From: an uncultured delta proteobacterium
Lineage (GTDB): Bacteria > Desulfobacterota > WTBG01 > CAIYCZ01 > CAIRTM01
Direction: 5' to 3'
Assembly (NCBI GenBank): GCA_963804955.1
Contig: CAWDSQ010000020.1
Span: 224,001 to 288,000 of the forward strand
Length of the DNA stretch: 64,000 bases
Below, piece by piece: positions 53,728 to 64,000 of this stretch (its first letter is position 1; each line of letters starts with the position of its first letter). The notes below the pieces were generated by a model, which made no database searches, was not told the origin of the DNA, and was given only the letters and a program-made list of their open reading frames with translations. The position numbers and the translations under genes are program-made.

Positions 53728-56334
53728 TTATTCATCAGTCGCATGGGGGCTTATGCAGAGCAGCTTTTGCGTGTGAATATCGGACATGAGGCAGAGTTTT
53801 CTTGAGTCCGTATCAAAGACCCGGACAATATGTTCATATTGAGCGCTCTCCGGGAGCAGGCGCGCAAGCAGGTTTTCCATGCCTTCCATCCAGGCGGTGT
53901 TCAATGCAGCCTGTTCATTTTTGAGAAACAGCGCTGCATAAAAAATATCGGTTTCAACCAGGTCCTGAAAAAAATGGGTTCCAAAGGACAGCTCTGGCAT
54001 GAGCATCTCTCCCCTGTACTCAATCTCGACCATCACCGAAATATTATTAATCTCTGCAAACCTGACAGGCACGCCAAGGGCCGGTGTTGAAGTGCCCCAC
54101 CTGCCAGGCCCCATCAGCATGACATGCGTGCTGCTTTTATCTTCAATCTGTCGGTTAAGTCTGCCGATAAGCCGGGCAATAGTATATTTCTCAGAGATGG
54201 GAAGCCCGCTGTAGCCTTCCGGATCGACATAAATCACGCGGCTGATCGGCAGCATGACATTGCTGCCCATAAAATTGCCGTTCGATGAAAATAAAACTTT
54301 TTCAGGTTGTACGTTGTCCGGTATGCTTACGCGGGCCTGTATTCCCTTTGTCTGGAGTGGCCGGCACTGAACTAAATTTATATGAAACTGCCCACTGCGG
54401 TCGAAATTGACGGTAAATTCCGTATCAACCGGATAGCTATAGGTATCCTCAAGCTTTTTCAGCATATCACGCATGACCGCGGGAAACAGGCTATCGGCAA
54501 GAAGTGGATCAAATGTCAGCAGCCAGGCATCTTTATCAAAAATGCCGCGTTCCCGCAACCGCTCAGCCGCATGGCTGTCGCGCATGCCGAACCGCTCAAA
54601 ATCAATTTCCACAGCGCTCTCGACTACGGTATCGAGAGGAACTGTTTCAAGCTCGTTTTGCATAACATTCAGAACATCAACATAGCGCTGTGAGTATTTT
54701 CTGGCATCGCTCAGGCCTGCATGGGGCCGCAAAAGCGGGTTGTCAAGCGGTACTATCCGGGGATAATCATTTTCCACGCGGTTGACCGCTCGGGTCCCCA
54801 GCCCCAGCACCAGCCGCAGCATGCCGGCTTTAGGGTCCATATCCGGCTTCCAGACAAAAGCATTATAAGAAATGCCCACGCCCGCCAGATCAGGAAAGAA
54901 ATACCCGTTATGATGGGAGCCGGAAACCCGCTGCACAAGAAGCGCCATCTGCTCATCGTGCTCGGCAAGGCCGCGCTGCTTTCTATAGCTCAGGGCATCC
55001 TCGCCCATGGTGCTTGCAAACACCTGCCGTACATAATCTTTAAAGCGCTTGAAGCGCTGCTCGGGCGAGCCCTGATTGACGCAGAACAGGCTTTCGTATT
55101 TTCCGGCAAAAGCATTGCCGAAAGCATCCTCAAGAAGGCTGCTGGAGCGTATGATTATCGGCGCCTGGCCGAAATACTCGATCAGTTCCCAGAACTGGTC
55201 TTCAATTTCTTCAGGGAAAGACCCCTCAAGCATCTTGTCCTTTAAAATTCCGGCTGCCTTAAAATAGCCTTCAGGTGTCTTGTGCTCCATCAGCAGCGGC
55301 CACCAGCCGTTTGACACGATATAGGTATAAAAAACATCGGAGCCGATAAAAAAAGAATCATGGGGCTCAAGCAGAGCCCGCCAGTCGCGTGAGCTGTCCA
55401 GGTAGAAGAATTTTGCGGGCTATGAGCATGCCGGCTGCCTTTCCGCCGATATAACCGGTGCCGATAGTACGCTCTTTGATGGCAAGCAGATCCTGCAGCG
55501 ATGAGCGTTTTTTTCGCAAGATCCAGAATGCGCTGCTCACGGCCAATCATGACCGAGCACAGCAGCTCCAAAGCCTTATCCTTATCAGCGTCCTGGCTGT
55601 GGCGTCGCAGCAGATCCTGAACTTCCATAAACAGCCGGTCCCAGGAATCAAGATTTCTTCTTGTCTGAATAGTGCTTTTACCGGTTATATAAGAAGTGAG
55701 TTTCGCCAGATCCATGCTGCTGGTAACCGGTATGAAAGATTCGTCTGTTTTTTTATGCGGTAAAAACATGGTCGGCGAATACCTGCCGAGCACCTTCAGC
55801 GGATGCACATAGGTGTCGGTACCGGTATTGTAAACATCCATCAAAAGCTGGGTGGTTTCCCTGATGCGGGCTACGGTTTTGTAGGAATGCCGGCTGCGGA
55901 TGAGGCCGAAATAGGCAATGGTGTCAAGCTGAAAAAGATACGGGCAGGTGATCCTGAAAAAATTGCCGATCATCAAATCCGTTGCCCAGGCCGAAAGCAG
56001 ATCAGACAGGCAGTCAAAAACATAATAGGCGCCGATACCTTCGCGGGCAATTATGCCATGCACCTGCGTTGAAAACGACTCAAAGCCCGAGCCTGGCATC
56101 AAGTTCGTAGCGGGTTACTGCCGCCGTGGGTGCTACGAGTTCACGGTGCCGGGCGAACTGAACATAAATGAGTTTTTTCTTTTCTTCGATGGCCCGTTGA
56201 ACAAACGGCATTACAAAGCCGGCATAGTCATCGATATTGTCGACTTGCCAGACCACATTATCGCCAAGCCTGAGATGGTCGATAATGGCGTCAAGCCCTT
56301 TAATGCCGGTTGTCGGATAGAGTGATGCTTTCAT
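53728..56334 (-). CDS. PEP/pyruvate-binding (PPDK_N ATP-grasp) domain protein with N-terminal degenerate KaiC/RecA-like domain (frameshifts ~56090 and ~55500)
   Basis: TTGIKGLD..LRLGDNVVWQV; IGGKA; RSSSLLED.FGNAFAGKYES; GLGTRAV; PVDTEF; QCRPLQ; GPGRWG; SFGTHFFQDLVE. Confidence 0.8.
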
Positions 56335-56490
56335 CTATTCTGCTCATAAAAAGGTCTGAAGACAATACATAACTTATAAAATAGTTTAACTTTTAATTTT
56401 ATATTCATGTAATAACTTAATATTAAAACTTTAATTTCACATTACTTTCGTTCCTGTATCCATACTGTCACGCCACAGGCCAGACAGGGC

Positions 56491-57929
56491 CTATCCCTTC
56501 GCCGGCCTTGCCATAACAGCCTCATGAAGGCACTGAGCAGCCTGCCTGCCCTGCCAGATGGCGCGCACAACAAGCGATGGCCCTGTTACCGCATCGCCTG
56601 CGGCAAACACGCCAGGCACGGAACTCATATATCTGTCATCCACGGCAATGGTTCCGGAAGAGGAGAGCTGAACGCCAAGCTCATAAATCAATTTTCCATG
56701 AACTATGCCGGTAAATCCCATGGCAAGTATGACAAGATCGACATCAAGAGAAAAATCCGAGCCAGGCACTTCTTCAAATACCTGCCGTCCATTAATATCT
56801 TTCCATCCAACTCGTGTTGCGATTACCTTGGAAATTACTTCCACCATTTCCTTCGAAGCGCTTTGTCAAGACCGACCACTGAAGCTGGCAGCCTTCCTCG
56901 TGCGACGAGCTTTTTCTTACAATACGCGGCCAGTAGGGCCACTCAGGGTTCCACTGCTCGCTCCATTCACGCGGCATGGGCAGAAGTTCGAACTGATGAA
57001 CGTCGCGGGCACCCTGCCGGTTTGCCGTCCCGACGCAGTCGGAGCCTGTATCGCCTCCGCCGATCACAAGCACGGATTTGCCGCATGCGGTAATGCCGTT
57101 GCCTGCAGGAGCTTCACCCTCAACTGTCTGGTTGGAGTATGCAAGGAAATCCATAGCACAGTGGATCCCCGCAAGCTCACGGCCCGGCACCGAAAGATCG
57201 CGAGGAACTTCGGCGCCGCAGGTGATGAGAATGGCGTCAAAAGATCTTCGCAGATAGGCTGCTGAAATGTCTTCACCAACATGCACACCGGTTTCAAACT
57301 GGACTCCTTCGGCAGCCATCTGTTCAAGCCTGCGGTCGAGCACCCATTTTTCAAGCTTAAAACTGGGTATGCCGTAGCGCAAAAGGCCGCCGGGACTCTT
57401 CGATTTCTCCCAGACGACAACATCGTGGCCCAGACGCGCAAGCTGCTGAGCGGCAGCCAGTCCCGCAGGGCCTGAACCGACGATGGCAACGCGGCGGCCG
57501 GTTTTGAAGGGCGGTGGCGCCGGAAGCACCGCGTTTTCGGCAAAGCCGCGCTCAATAATTGCAAGTTCATTGAGCCGTATGGTCACGGGGCCTTCGTTGA
57601 TGGCAAGGGTGCAGGCTGCCTCACAGGGCGCCGGACATACACGCCCTGTAATTTCAGGAAAATTATTGGTCATTTCAAGGCGCTGCAGAGCATCTCGCCA
57701 CTGACCACGGTAGACAGAATCATTCCATTCGGGAATAAGGTTGTAGAGCGGGCATCCCATGGCATGACAAAACGGAACTCCGCAGTCTATGCACCGTGCG
57801 GCCTGCTGCTGCACCGCCTCGTCCGGCAGGCGCGTTGCGACTTCACTGTAGTCTTTAAGCCGTTCAGGCACCGGACGATACGGTGGTAGTTACGCGCGAA
57901 TACTCAAGAAAGCCTCTGATCTTTCCCAT
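56491..57929 (-). CDS. gltD: Glutamate synthase small subunit (frameshifted)
   Basis: [54 protein letters not shown] overlap with the gltB stop. Confidence 0.95.
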
Positions 57930-60900
57930 TACCTGAAAACCTCCTCGGTCATGACGACATGTTCAGAATCCCGGGTCTGCTGCTGCCTGATACGCTCCAG
58001 GGCTTTGCGGTAATCCATGGGCATGACCTTCACAAAATACGGCAGCAACTCAGCCCAGTCCTTTAAAATGCCTTCGGCATATACGCTGCCTGTATAGCCG
58101 GCATGCCGCTTGATCATGGTGTAGAGATAGGCAGCTTCCTGATCATCATCGATGGGACTCAGATCAACCATTTCAAGGTTGCAGCGGGTGTCGAACAGCT
58201 GATTGGTGTCAAGCACATAGGCTATGCCGCCGCTCATGCCAGCCGCGAAATTGATGCCGGTAGGGCCGAGGATGATAACACGGCCGCCGGTCATATACTC
58301 GCAACCATGATCACCCACACCTTCTACCACCGCAACGGCGCCGCTGTTGCGCACGGCAAAACGCTCGCCGGCCTGCCCATGTATAAAAACCTCACCGCCT
58401 GTTGCGCCGAACAGATTTACATTTCCCGCGATGATATTGTTCTGCGGCCGGAATGTAGAATTTTCAGGCGGATACACAATGATGCGGCCCCCTGAAAGGC
58501 CCTTTCCGAAATAATCGTTTGCATCCCCTTCAAGTTCAAAGGTGATGCCGGGGGCAAGAAAGGCCCCGAAACTCTGCCCTGCCGAACCGTTGAACTTTGC
58601 CCAGATAGTGTCATCCGGCAGTCCGGCTGAGCCATACCGTTTTGACACCTCATAGCTCAGCATCGCACCGGCTGTCCGGTTGCGGTTGCGAATGTCCATA
58701 AGAATTTGAACCGGCTGGCGCTCATCCAGCGCCTGCCGCGCCTTTTCAATGATGGCAAAATCAAGACACTGGGAGAAATCGTGCTGCTGGCTCCGGGTGC
58801 AGCGCAGGCTGCGTCCTGCGGCAAGCTCCGGCTGATGAAAAATGCCTGAAAAATCAAGGCCGCGGGTTTTCCAGTGCATCAAGGCATCATTAACATCCAG
58901 CATGTCGACGCGACCAACCATATCATCGACAGTGCGGAATCCCAAAAGCGACATAATTTCACGCGTGTCCTGAGCAACAAAGCGCATAAAATTCATCAGA
59001 TGCTCGGGTTTGCCCCTGAAGCGTCTGCGCAGCTCGGGGTCCTGCGAGGCAACGCCGACCGGACAGGCATCAAGATGGCATTTGCGCGCCATGATGCAGC
59101 CCATGGTCACCAGAACGATAGTGCCGAAGCCGAATTCTTCAGCTCCAAGAAGCGCACCGATGACCACGTCGCGGCCCGTTCGGAGCTGGCCGTCGACCTG
59201 CAGGCGTATCCTGTTGCGCAGCTTATTGAGCAGCAGTGTCTGCTGCGCCTCGGCAAGTCCTATTTCCCAGGGCATGCCGACATATTTGATGGATGAGATA
59301 GGCGATGCGCCCGTACCGCCGTCATGGCCGCTGATGAGAACCATATCGGCCTTGCCTTTGGCCACCCCGGCAGCTATGGTGCCGACTCCCGCTTCTGACA
59401 CAAGTTTAACAGACACGCGCGCCTGAGGATTGGCATTCTTCAGATCATAGATCAGCTGCGCAAGATCTTCGATGGAGTATATGTCATGATGCGGCGGCGG
59501 TGAAATGAGCATAACGCCTGGCGTTGCATGCCTGACTTTGGCTATACCTTCAGTTACCTTATGGCCCGGCAGCTGGCCGCCTTCACCCGGCTTGGCGCCC
59601 TGTGCCATTTTGATCTGAAGCTCGCGTGCATGGGCCAGATAATTGCTGGTTACGCCAAATCGCGCTGATGCAACCTGCTTTACGGCGCTCATGGACAGGT
59701 CGCCGTCGGCCCTTGGCTGATACCTGCTCTCATCTTCGCCGCCCTCACCTGAATTGCTCTGGCTGCCCAGGCGGTTCATGGCAATGGCTATTGTCTCATG
59801 GGCCTCCGGGCTGATGGAACCCAGAGACATGGCCGATGACACAAACCGTTTAACAATCGAGTCCACGGGCTCAACCTCATCAAGAGGTACGGGTGTGCCT
59901 TTTTTAAACTTGAAAAGGCCGCGCAGCGTGCATAGATTTTCAGCATGGTTGTTCACGCATGAGGCATATTTCTTATACAGGTCATACCGGCCATCCCTGA
60001 CAGACCACTGGATATTGGCGATTGATTCAGCGGTGAGCAGGTGTTTTTCAGAAAATTTTCGGAAGTGGTAGCTCCCCCCTGACGGCAGCGCTTCACGCTC
60101 CGGACTTTCATGCAGTGCAAAGGCTTCGCTATGGCGCTGCAGGGTTTCGCGGGCTATCTCCTCCAGCCCGATGCCACCCACGCGTGAAAAAGTGCCGGGG
60201 AAAAAGGTATCAACACATGCTTTGTTCAGGCCCACGGATTCAAACAGCTGTGCGCTTTTATAGCTGCGGATCGTGGAGATACCCATCTTGGACATAATTT
60301 TAAGGAGGCCTTTTTTAAGTGCTGTAATGTAGTTTTCGATAGCCTGCGGCATCGTCAAGCCCTGGGGCAGTTTATTATCGTTTTGCAGGGACGCAATAAT
60401 CTTATATGCCAGATACGGGCACACGGCGCTTGCGCCGAAACCCACGAGGGTTGCAAAGTGCATGACATCGCGCGCCTCGGCTGTTTCGATAACGAGGCCG
60501 GCAAGATGCCGTTTGCCCGCCCGCACAAGATGATGATGCACGGCAGAGGTTGCAAGCAGGGCCGGCACCGCCATCTGCTTGCAGTCGATCCAGCGATCGG
60601 AAAGGAGCACAAGTGAAGCGCCCTGGTCGATGGCAAGCTCAGCCCGAGAGCACATGGCTCTGATGGCGTCTGCCATGCCCTGCTTCCCCTCATCCACGGC
60701 AAACAGCATGGAAACTTCTTCAACTTTAAAATCAGGTATCTCGCAGTACCGCAGCTTCTCCATGTCCTCATTGGTGAGCACGGGATAGAGAAGCTTTATC
60801 TGGTGGCAGTGCCCGGGCGTTTCTGCCAGAAGGTTGCGCTCGCGGCCGGTGAATGCCATGACAGACATGACAAGATTTTCCCGGTAGGGGTCAATAGGCG

Positions 60901-62476
60901 GATTGGTAACCTGCGCGAAAAGCTGCTTGAAATATTTATACAGAAGCTGCGGCCGGTCGGAAAGCACGGCCAGAGCTTCGTCATTGCCCATGGAGCCGAC
61001 CGGCTCCTGGGAGGTTTCAACCATAGGGGTTAAAATTTTGTCAATTTCTTCAAGGGTATAGCCGAAAGCACGCTGCTGCGTAGCCAGCGACTTTTTCTCC
61101 TCTACCTGCACCATTCCCGGCACCTGAAAAAAACCTTTCAGCTCTATCTGATTCTGCTCCAGCCAGCGCCGGTAGGGTTTATGGCGGCATACCGATGCCT
61201 TGATCTCATTGTCCTTGATGACGCGCTTATGCACCGTATCGACAATGAGCATTTTGCCCGGCGCAAGCCGGCCTTTTTCAAGAACATCAGCCGGTTCAAC
61301 AGGCACAACCCCCACTTCTGAAGCCATAATAACCCTGCCCTGCCTGGTCACAATATAGCGGGCAGGGCGCAACCCGTTCCGGTCAACTATTGCCCCCACC
61401 TTAAACCCGTCAGTGAATGCCATTGCAGCCGGGCCGTCCCAGGGCTCCATAATGGCTGCATGATATTCATAAAAAGCCCGCTTGTCTGTACTCATATGAA
61501 TGGCCGGTCCGAAAGCCTCGGGAATCATCATCATCATGGCATGCTCCGGACTTCTGCCGCCGGCTACAAGCAGTTCATAGGTATTATCAAACATGGCTGA
61601 GTCACTGCCGCCCGGCATGATGATCGGGAAAAGCTTTGCTATATCATCGCCGAACACTGGCGATGCCAGTGTTTTTTCACGCGCCTTCATCTTGTTGATA
61701 TTGCCCCGAAGGGTATTGATCTCGCCGTTATGAGCCAGATACCTCAGGGGCTGGGCAAGGGGCCAGGATGGAAAGGTATTGGTGCTGTAGCGCTGATGTA
61801 CCACGGCAAATGCGCTGTCGAAATCACGCTCGGCAAAATCACAGTAAAACTGCTCGAGCCGGGGGGCGTCAAACATGCCCTTATACGTGATGGTACGGCA
61901 GGACAAAGACGGAATGTAGAATTCCTCCAGCGGCAGCTTAAGACGAGCAGCCTCCTGTTCAATGCATTTGCGCACTACATACAGCTTTCGCTCCAGATTA
62001 TCGCCAGCGAGTTCACCAAACTGAACAAAAAACTGCTTCATGTGGGGCATGGAGGCAAGGGCGATTTCGCCAAGGCAGTCCGGGCTCACGGGAACATCGC
62101 GCCATCCCAGCACAAGACCACCTTCCTGCTGCACAACAGATTCGACGGCAGCCAGCATTTTTTGCCTGGTATCAATGTTTTGAGACAGAAACAAAAAACC
62201 TGCGCCGTAGGAACCGGGATCCGGAAGGCTAAAGCCCAGAGCCTTTGCCGTTTTCCTGAAGAAGAAATGAGGAAGCTGAATGAGCATGCCTGCGCCATCG
62301 CCGGTTTTCAGATCGCCGCCGACCGCTCCACGATGTACGAGGTTCTTTAAAATCGTCAATCCGCCGGTAACGATATCATGCGCTGGTTCACCGTCCACAT
62401 TGACGATGAAGCCTACACCGCAGCTGTCATGTTCGAACTGCGGATCATAAAGCCCATGCTCCGAATCCTGGCCCAT
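57929..62476 (-). CDS. gltB: Glutamate synthase large subunit
   Basis: EHDSCGVGF, HQRYSTNT, QGAKPGEGGQLPG, CIMARKCHLDACP, GXGXG C-terminal domain; 1515 aa. Confidence 0.98.
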   Translation of the reverse strand: MGQDSEHGLYDPQFEHDSCGVGFIVNVDGEPAHDIVTGGLTILKNLVHRGAVGGDLKTGDGAGMLIQLPHFFFRKTAKALGFSLPDPGSYGAGFLFLSQNIDTRQKMLAAVESVVQQEGGLVLGWRDVPVSPDCLGEIALASMPHMKQFFVQFGELAGDNLERKLYVVRKCIEQEAARLKLPLEEFYIPSLSCRTITYKGMFDAPRLEQFYCDFAERDFDSAFAVVHQRYSTNTFPSWPLAQPLRYLAHNGEINTLRGNINKMKAREKTLASPVFGDDIAKLFPIIMPGGSDSAMFDNTYELLVAGGRSPEHAMMMMIPEAFGPAIHMSTDKRAFYEYHAAIMEPWDGPAAMAFTDGFKVGAIVDRNGLRPARYIVTRQGRVIMASEVGVVPVEPADVLEKGRLAPGKMLIVDTVHKRVIKDNEIKASVCRHKPYRRWLEQNQIELKGFFQVPGMVQVEEKKSLATQQRAFGYTLEEIDKILTPMVETSQEPVGSMGNDEALAVLSDRPQLLYKYFKQLFAQVTNPPIDPYRENLVMSVMAFTGRERNLLAETPGHCHQIKLLYPVLTNEDMEKLRYCEIPDFKVEEVSMLFAVDEGKQGMADAIRAMCSRAELAIDQGASLVLLSDRWIDCKQMAVPALLATSAVHHHLVRAGKRHLAGLVIETAEARDVMHFATLVGFGASAVCPYLAYKIIASLQNDNKLPQGLTMPQAIENYITALKKGLLKIMSKMGISTIRSYKSAQLFESVGLNKACVDTFFPGTFSRVGGIGLEEIARETLQRHSEAFALHESPEREALPSGGSYHFRKFSEKHLLTAESIANIQWSVRDGRYDLYKKYASCVNNHAENLCTLRGLFKFKKGTPVPLDEVEPVDSIVKRFVSSAMSLGSISPEAHETIAIAMNRLGSQSNSGEGGEDESRYQPRADGDLSMSAVKQVASARFGVTSNYLAHARELQIKMAQGAKPGEGGQLPGHKVTEGIAKVRHATPGVMLISPPPHHDIYSIEDLAQLIYDLKNANPQARVSVKLVSEAGVGTIAAGVAKGKADMVLISGHDGGTGASPISSIKYVGMPWEIGLAEAQQTLLLNKLRNRIRLQVDGQLRTGRDVVIGALLGAEEFGFGTIVLVTMGCIMARKCHLDACPVGVASQDPELRRRFRGKPEHLMNFMRFVAQDTREIMSLLGFRTVDDMVGRVDMLDVNDALMHWKTRGLDFSGIFHQPELAAGRSLRCTRSQQHDFSQCLDFAIIEKARQALDERQPVQILMDIRNRNRTAGAMLSYEVSKRYGSAGLPDDTIWAKFNGSAGQSFGAFLAPGITFELEGDANDYFGKGLSGGRIIVYPPENSTFRPQNNIIAGNVNLFGATGGEVFIHGQAGERFAVRNSGAVAVVEGVGDHGCEYMTGGRVIILGPTGINFAAGMSGGIAYVLDTNQLFDTRCNLEMVDLSPIDDDQEAAYLYTMIKRHAGYTGSVYAEGILKDWAELLPYFVKVMPMDYRKALERIRQQQTRDSEHVVMTEEVFR

Positions 62477-62538
62477 AAAAACCTCAATTGTATGTGTCGG
62501 TTTATAAATGTTTTATATCAACATGCAAAATACTTTAA

Positions 62539-62554
62539 AGCAAAATAGATGCCA
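62539..62554 (-). promoter_or_regulatory. Sigma54 -24/-12 promoter for gltBD
   Basis: TGGCATCTATTTTGCT (canonical GG-N10-GC), 63 bp upstream of the gltB start. Confidence 0.7.
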
Positions 62555-62585
62555 TTTTTGCAAACGATAACCTAAGAGCGAGGCC

Positions 62586-63404
62586 ATGCTAAACTACAAA
62601 GCTAAAGAACCATTTCCTGCTCTGTCGACCTGGATTGACTCTCAGCAGTCACAGGGCCGATATTTCTTTACCAGTGAGCAGGCCATTAATGAACTACAAG
62701 CATCCAAAGCCGCTTTTGATAATGCATCACTGAGGCTTGGAAAAAAGAAAAGAATAGCCCGGCTGTACAGCGGTTTCTATAGTATCATCCCCCTTGAATA
62801 TGCCGCCACCGGCATGCTCCCTCCTGAATGGTTTATTGCCGACCTGATGAGTTATCTTAAAAAGCCATACTACGTCGGCCTTCTCAGCGCAGCAAACCTG
62901 CATGGCGCAGCCCATCAGCAGCCGCAGGAGTTTCAGGTGATAACGACCGCTGTAGTAAGAAAAATCGAGGTCGAAAATCTTGCAATTCGCTTTTTTACTA
63001 AAAAGAACTTTTGAGAGCACGTTCTACTTCTCAGGTTAAGGTGCAAACCGGTTTTATGACGGTCTCCACCCCGGAGGCTACGGCTGTTGACCTTGTTTGC
63101 TATGCACGGCAAATTGGCGGGCTTGACCGGGTGCTTACCGTTTATCCAAGAGCTTGGGGAGGTGCTGGATGCCGACAAACTGGCAGCTGCGGCGAAAGCT
63201 GAAAATAATCTTGCGTATGCCCAGCGGTTAGGGTGGCTGCTTGAAAAGGCTGGCTTTAAAAACAAGACGCAAAAGCTTGCTGCGTGGGTATCAGGGCAAA
63301 ATCCGCTGCCGGCAAGGCTTGAACCATCTCTTGCAGTAAAGGGTGCGCAGAAAGATGAACGGTGGTCGCTGCTCATTAATACCACGGTAGAGGGCGACCT
63401 GTGA
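62586..63404 (+). CDS. abiEi: Type IV toxin-antitoxin antitoxin, AbiEi family (frameshifted)
   Basis: GRYFFT, GFY.IIPLEY, YYVGLLSAA.LHGAAHQQPQEFQV, VSTPEATAVDLV, QRLGWLL, RW.L.IN. Confidence 0.85.
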
Positions 63405-64000
63405 TCCCGAAGGCCGACATTGTGGCATGGCGACAGCATGCGCCGTGGGTTGCCGATGCTCAGGTCGAGCAGGATCTTATTATTAGCCGGGCGCTGGTTG
63501 CCATCTTTGCCGACGAAACACTTGCAGGGAAGCTTGCCTTTCGCGGCGGTACTGCTTTGCATAAGCTCTATTTTAAACCGGCACGGCGGTACTCTGAAGA
63601 TATTGACCTTGTGCAGAGCAAGGCTGGCCCAATAGGTGCTGTGCTCGATAGTCTACAGGCAGTGCTCAACGGCTTTTTGGGAACGCCAAAGCGGAAACAG
63701 ACAGAAGAAGGGGCCACACTAACCTACCGGATGGAATCAGAAGGGCCGCCTGTGGTGCCGATACGCTTGAAGGTTGAGATAAATACGCGCGAGCATGTTG
63801 CTTTTCAGGGGCTGCAACTGATGCCTTTTGCCGTTACAGGTCGTTGGTTCAGTGGAAGCTGTAATATTTCAACATTTACCCTTGAGGAGCTTCTGGCAAC
63901 AAAACTGCGGGCGCTCTACCAGCGGCGCAAAGGCCGCGATCTGTTTGATGTATGGCTGGGGCTCACCGAAGGTGGTGCGGATGCTGTGCAGATTGTCACA
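63401..64000 (+). CDS. abiEii: Type IV toxin, AbiEii/AbiGii nucleotidyltransferase (runs off window end)
   Basis: GTGA overlap; manual translation MIPKADIVAWRQHAPW..QVEQDLIISRAL..FRGGTALHKLY..RYSEDIDLV..LKVEINTRE..KLRALYQRRKGRDLFD. Confidence 0.9.
   Translation, partial: MIPKADIVAWRQHAPWVADAQVEQDLIISRALVAIFADETLAGKLAFRGGTALHKLYFKPARRYSEDIDLVQSKAGPIGAVLDSLQAVLNGFLGTPKRKQTEEGATLTYRMESEGPPVVPIRLKVEINTREHVAFQGLQLMPFAVTGRWFSGSCNISTFTLEELLATKLRALYQRRKGRDLFDVWLGLTEGGADAVQIVT

Noticed and set aside
56369..56438. Short direct repeats (ATAACTTA, AACTTT(T)AATTT) upstream of the PPDK_N gene
   Set aside because: The region is extremely AT-rich, so such matches are expected by chance.

Overview
Chromosomal window from an anaerobic bacterium with a deltaproteobacterial (Desulfobacterota-like) gene style; the taxonomy is an inference. 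About half of the genes, including housekeeping ones (carB, purF, gltD, radA, psd, thiH), are broken by single-base indels, which most likely reflects unpolished long-read assembly. Split genes are reported as single reconstructed CDSs. The left part holds a B12-binding radical SAM gene, large secreted repeat proteins, Spy/CpxP, HD-GYP, ABC-F, greB, patatin, M48-TPR, DUF6178-like, an HpnA-like epimerase, moaD/lpdD-like/ubiX, ctpA and a long divergent membrane pyrophosphatase with a structured leader. The middle holds dusB-radA-psd, purM, an uncharacterised membrane-protein/4Fe-4S/iron-sulfur-flavoprotein cluster and thiE-F-S-G-H. The right part is a ~21 kb glutamine-centred cluster: gltB-gltD, a truncated PEP-synthase-like gene, a NifA-like sigma54 activator, glnA type III, pyrG, purF, carB and carA, with sigma54 -24/-12 motifs before glnA and gltB. 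An AbiEi/AbiEii type IV toxin-antitoxin pair ends the window. The best candidates for undescribed biology are the PEP-synthase-like protein with the NifA-like regulator in the GS/GOGAT cluster, the 31-34.8 kb membrane redox module with a 14-residue tandem repeat tail, and the hppA leader RNA. No rRNA, tRNA or CRISPR array was seen.
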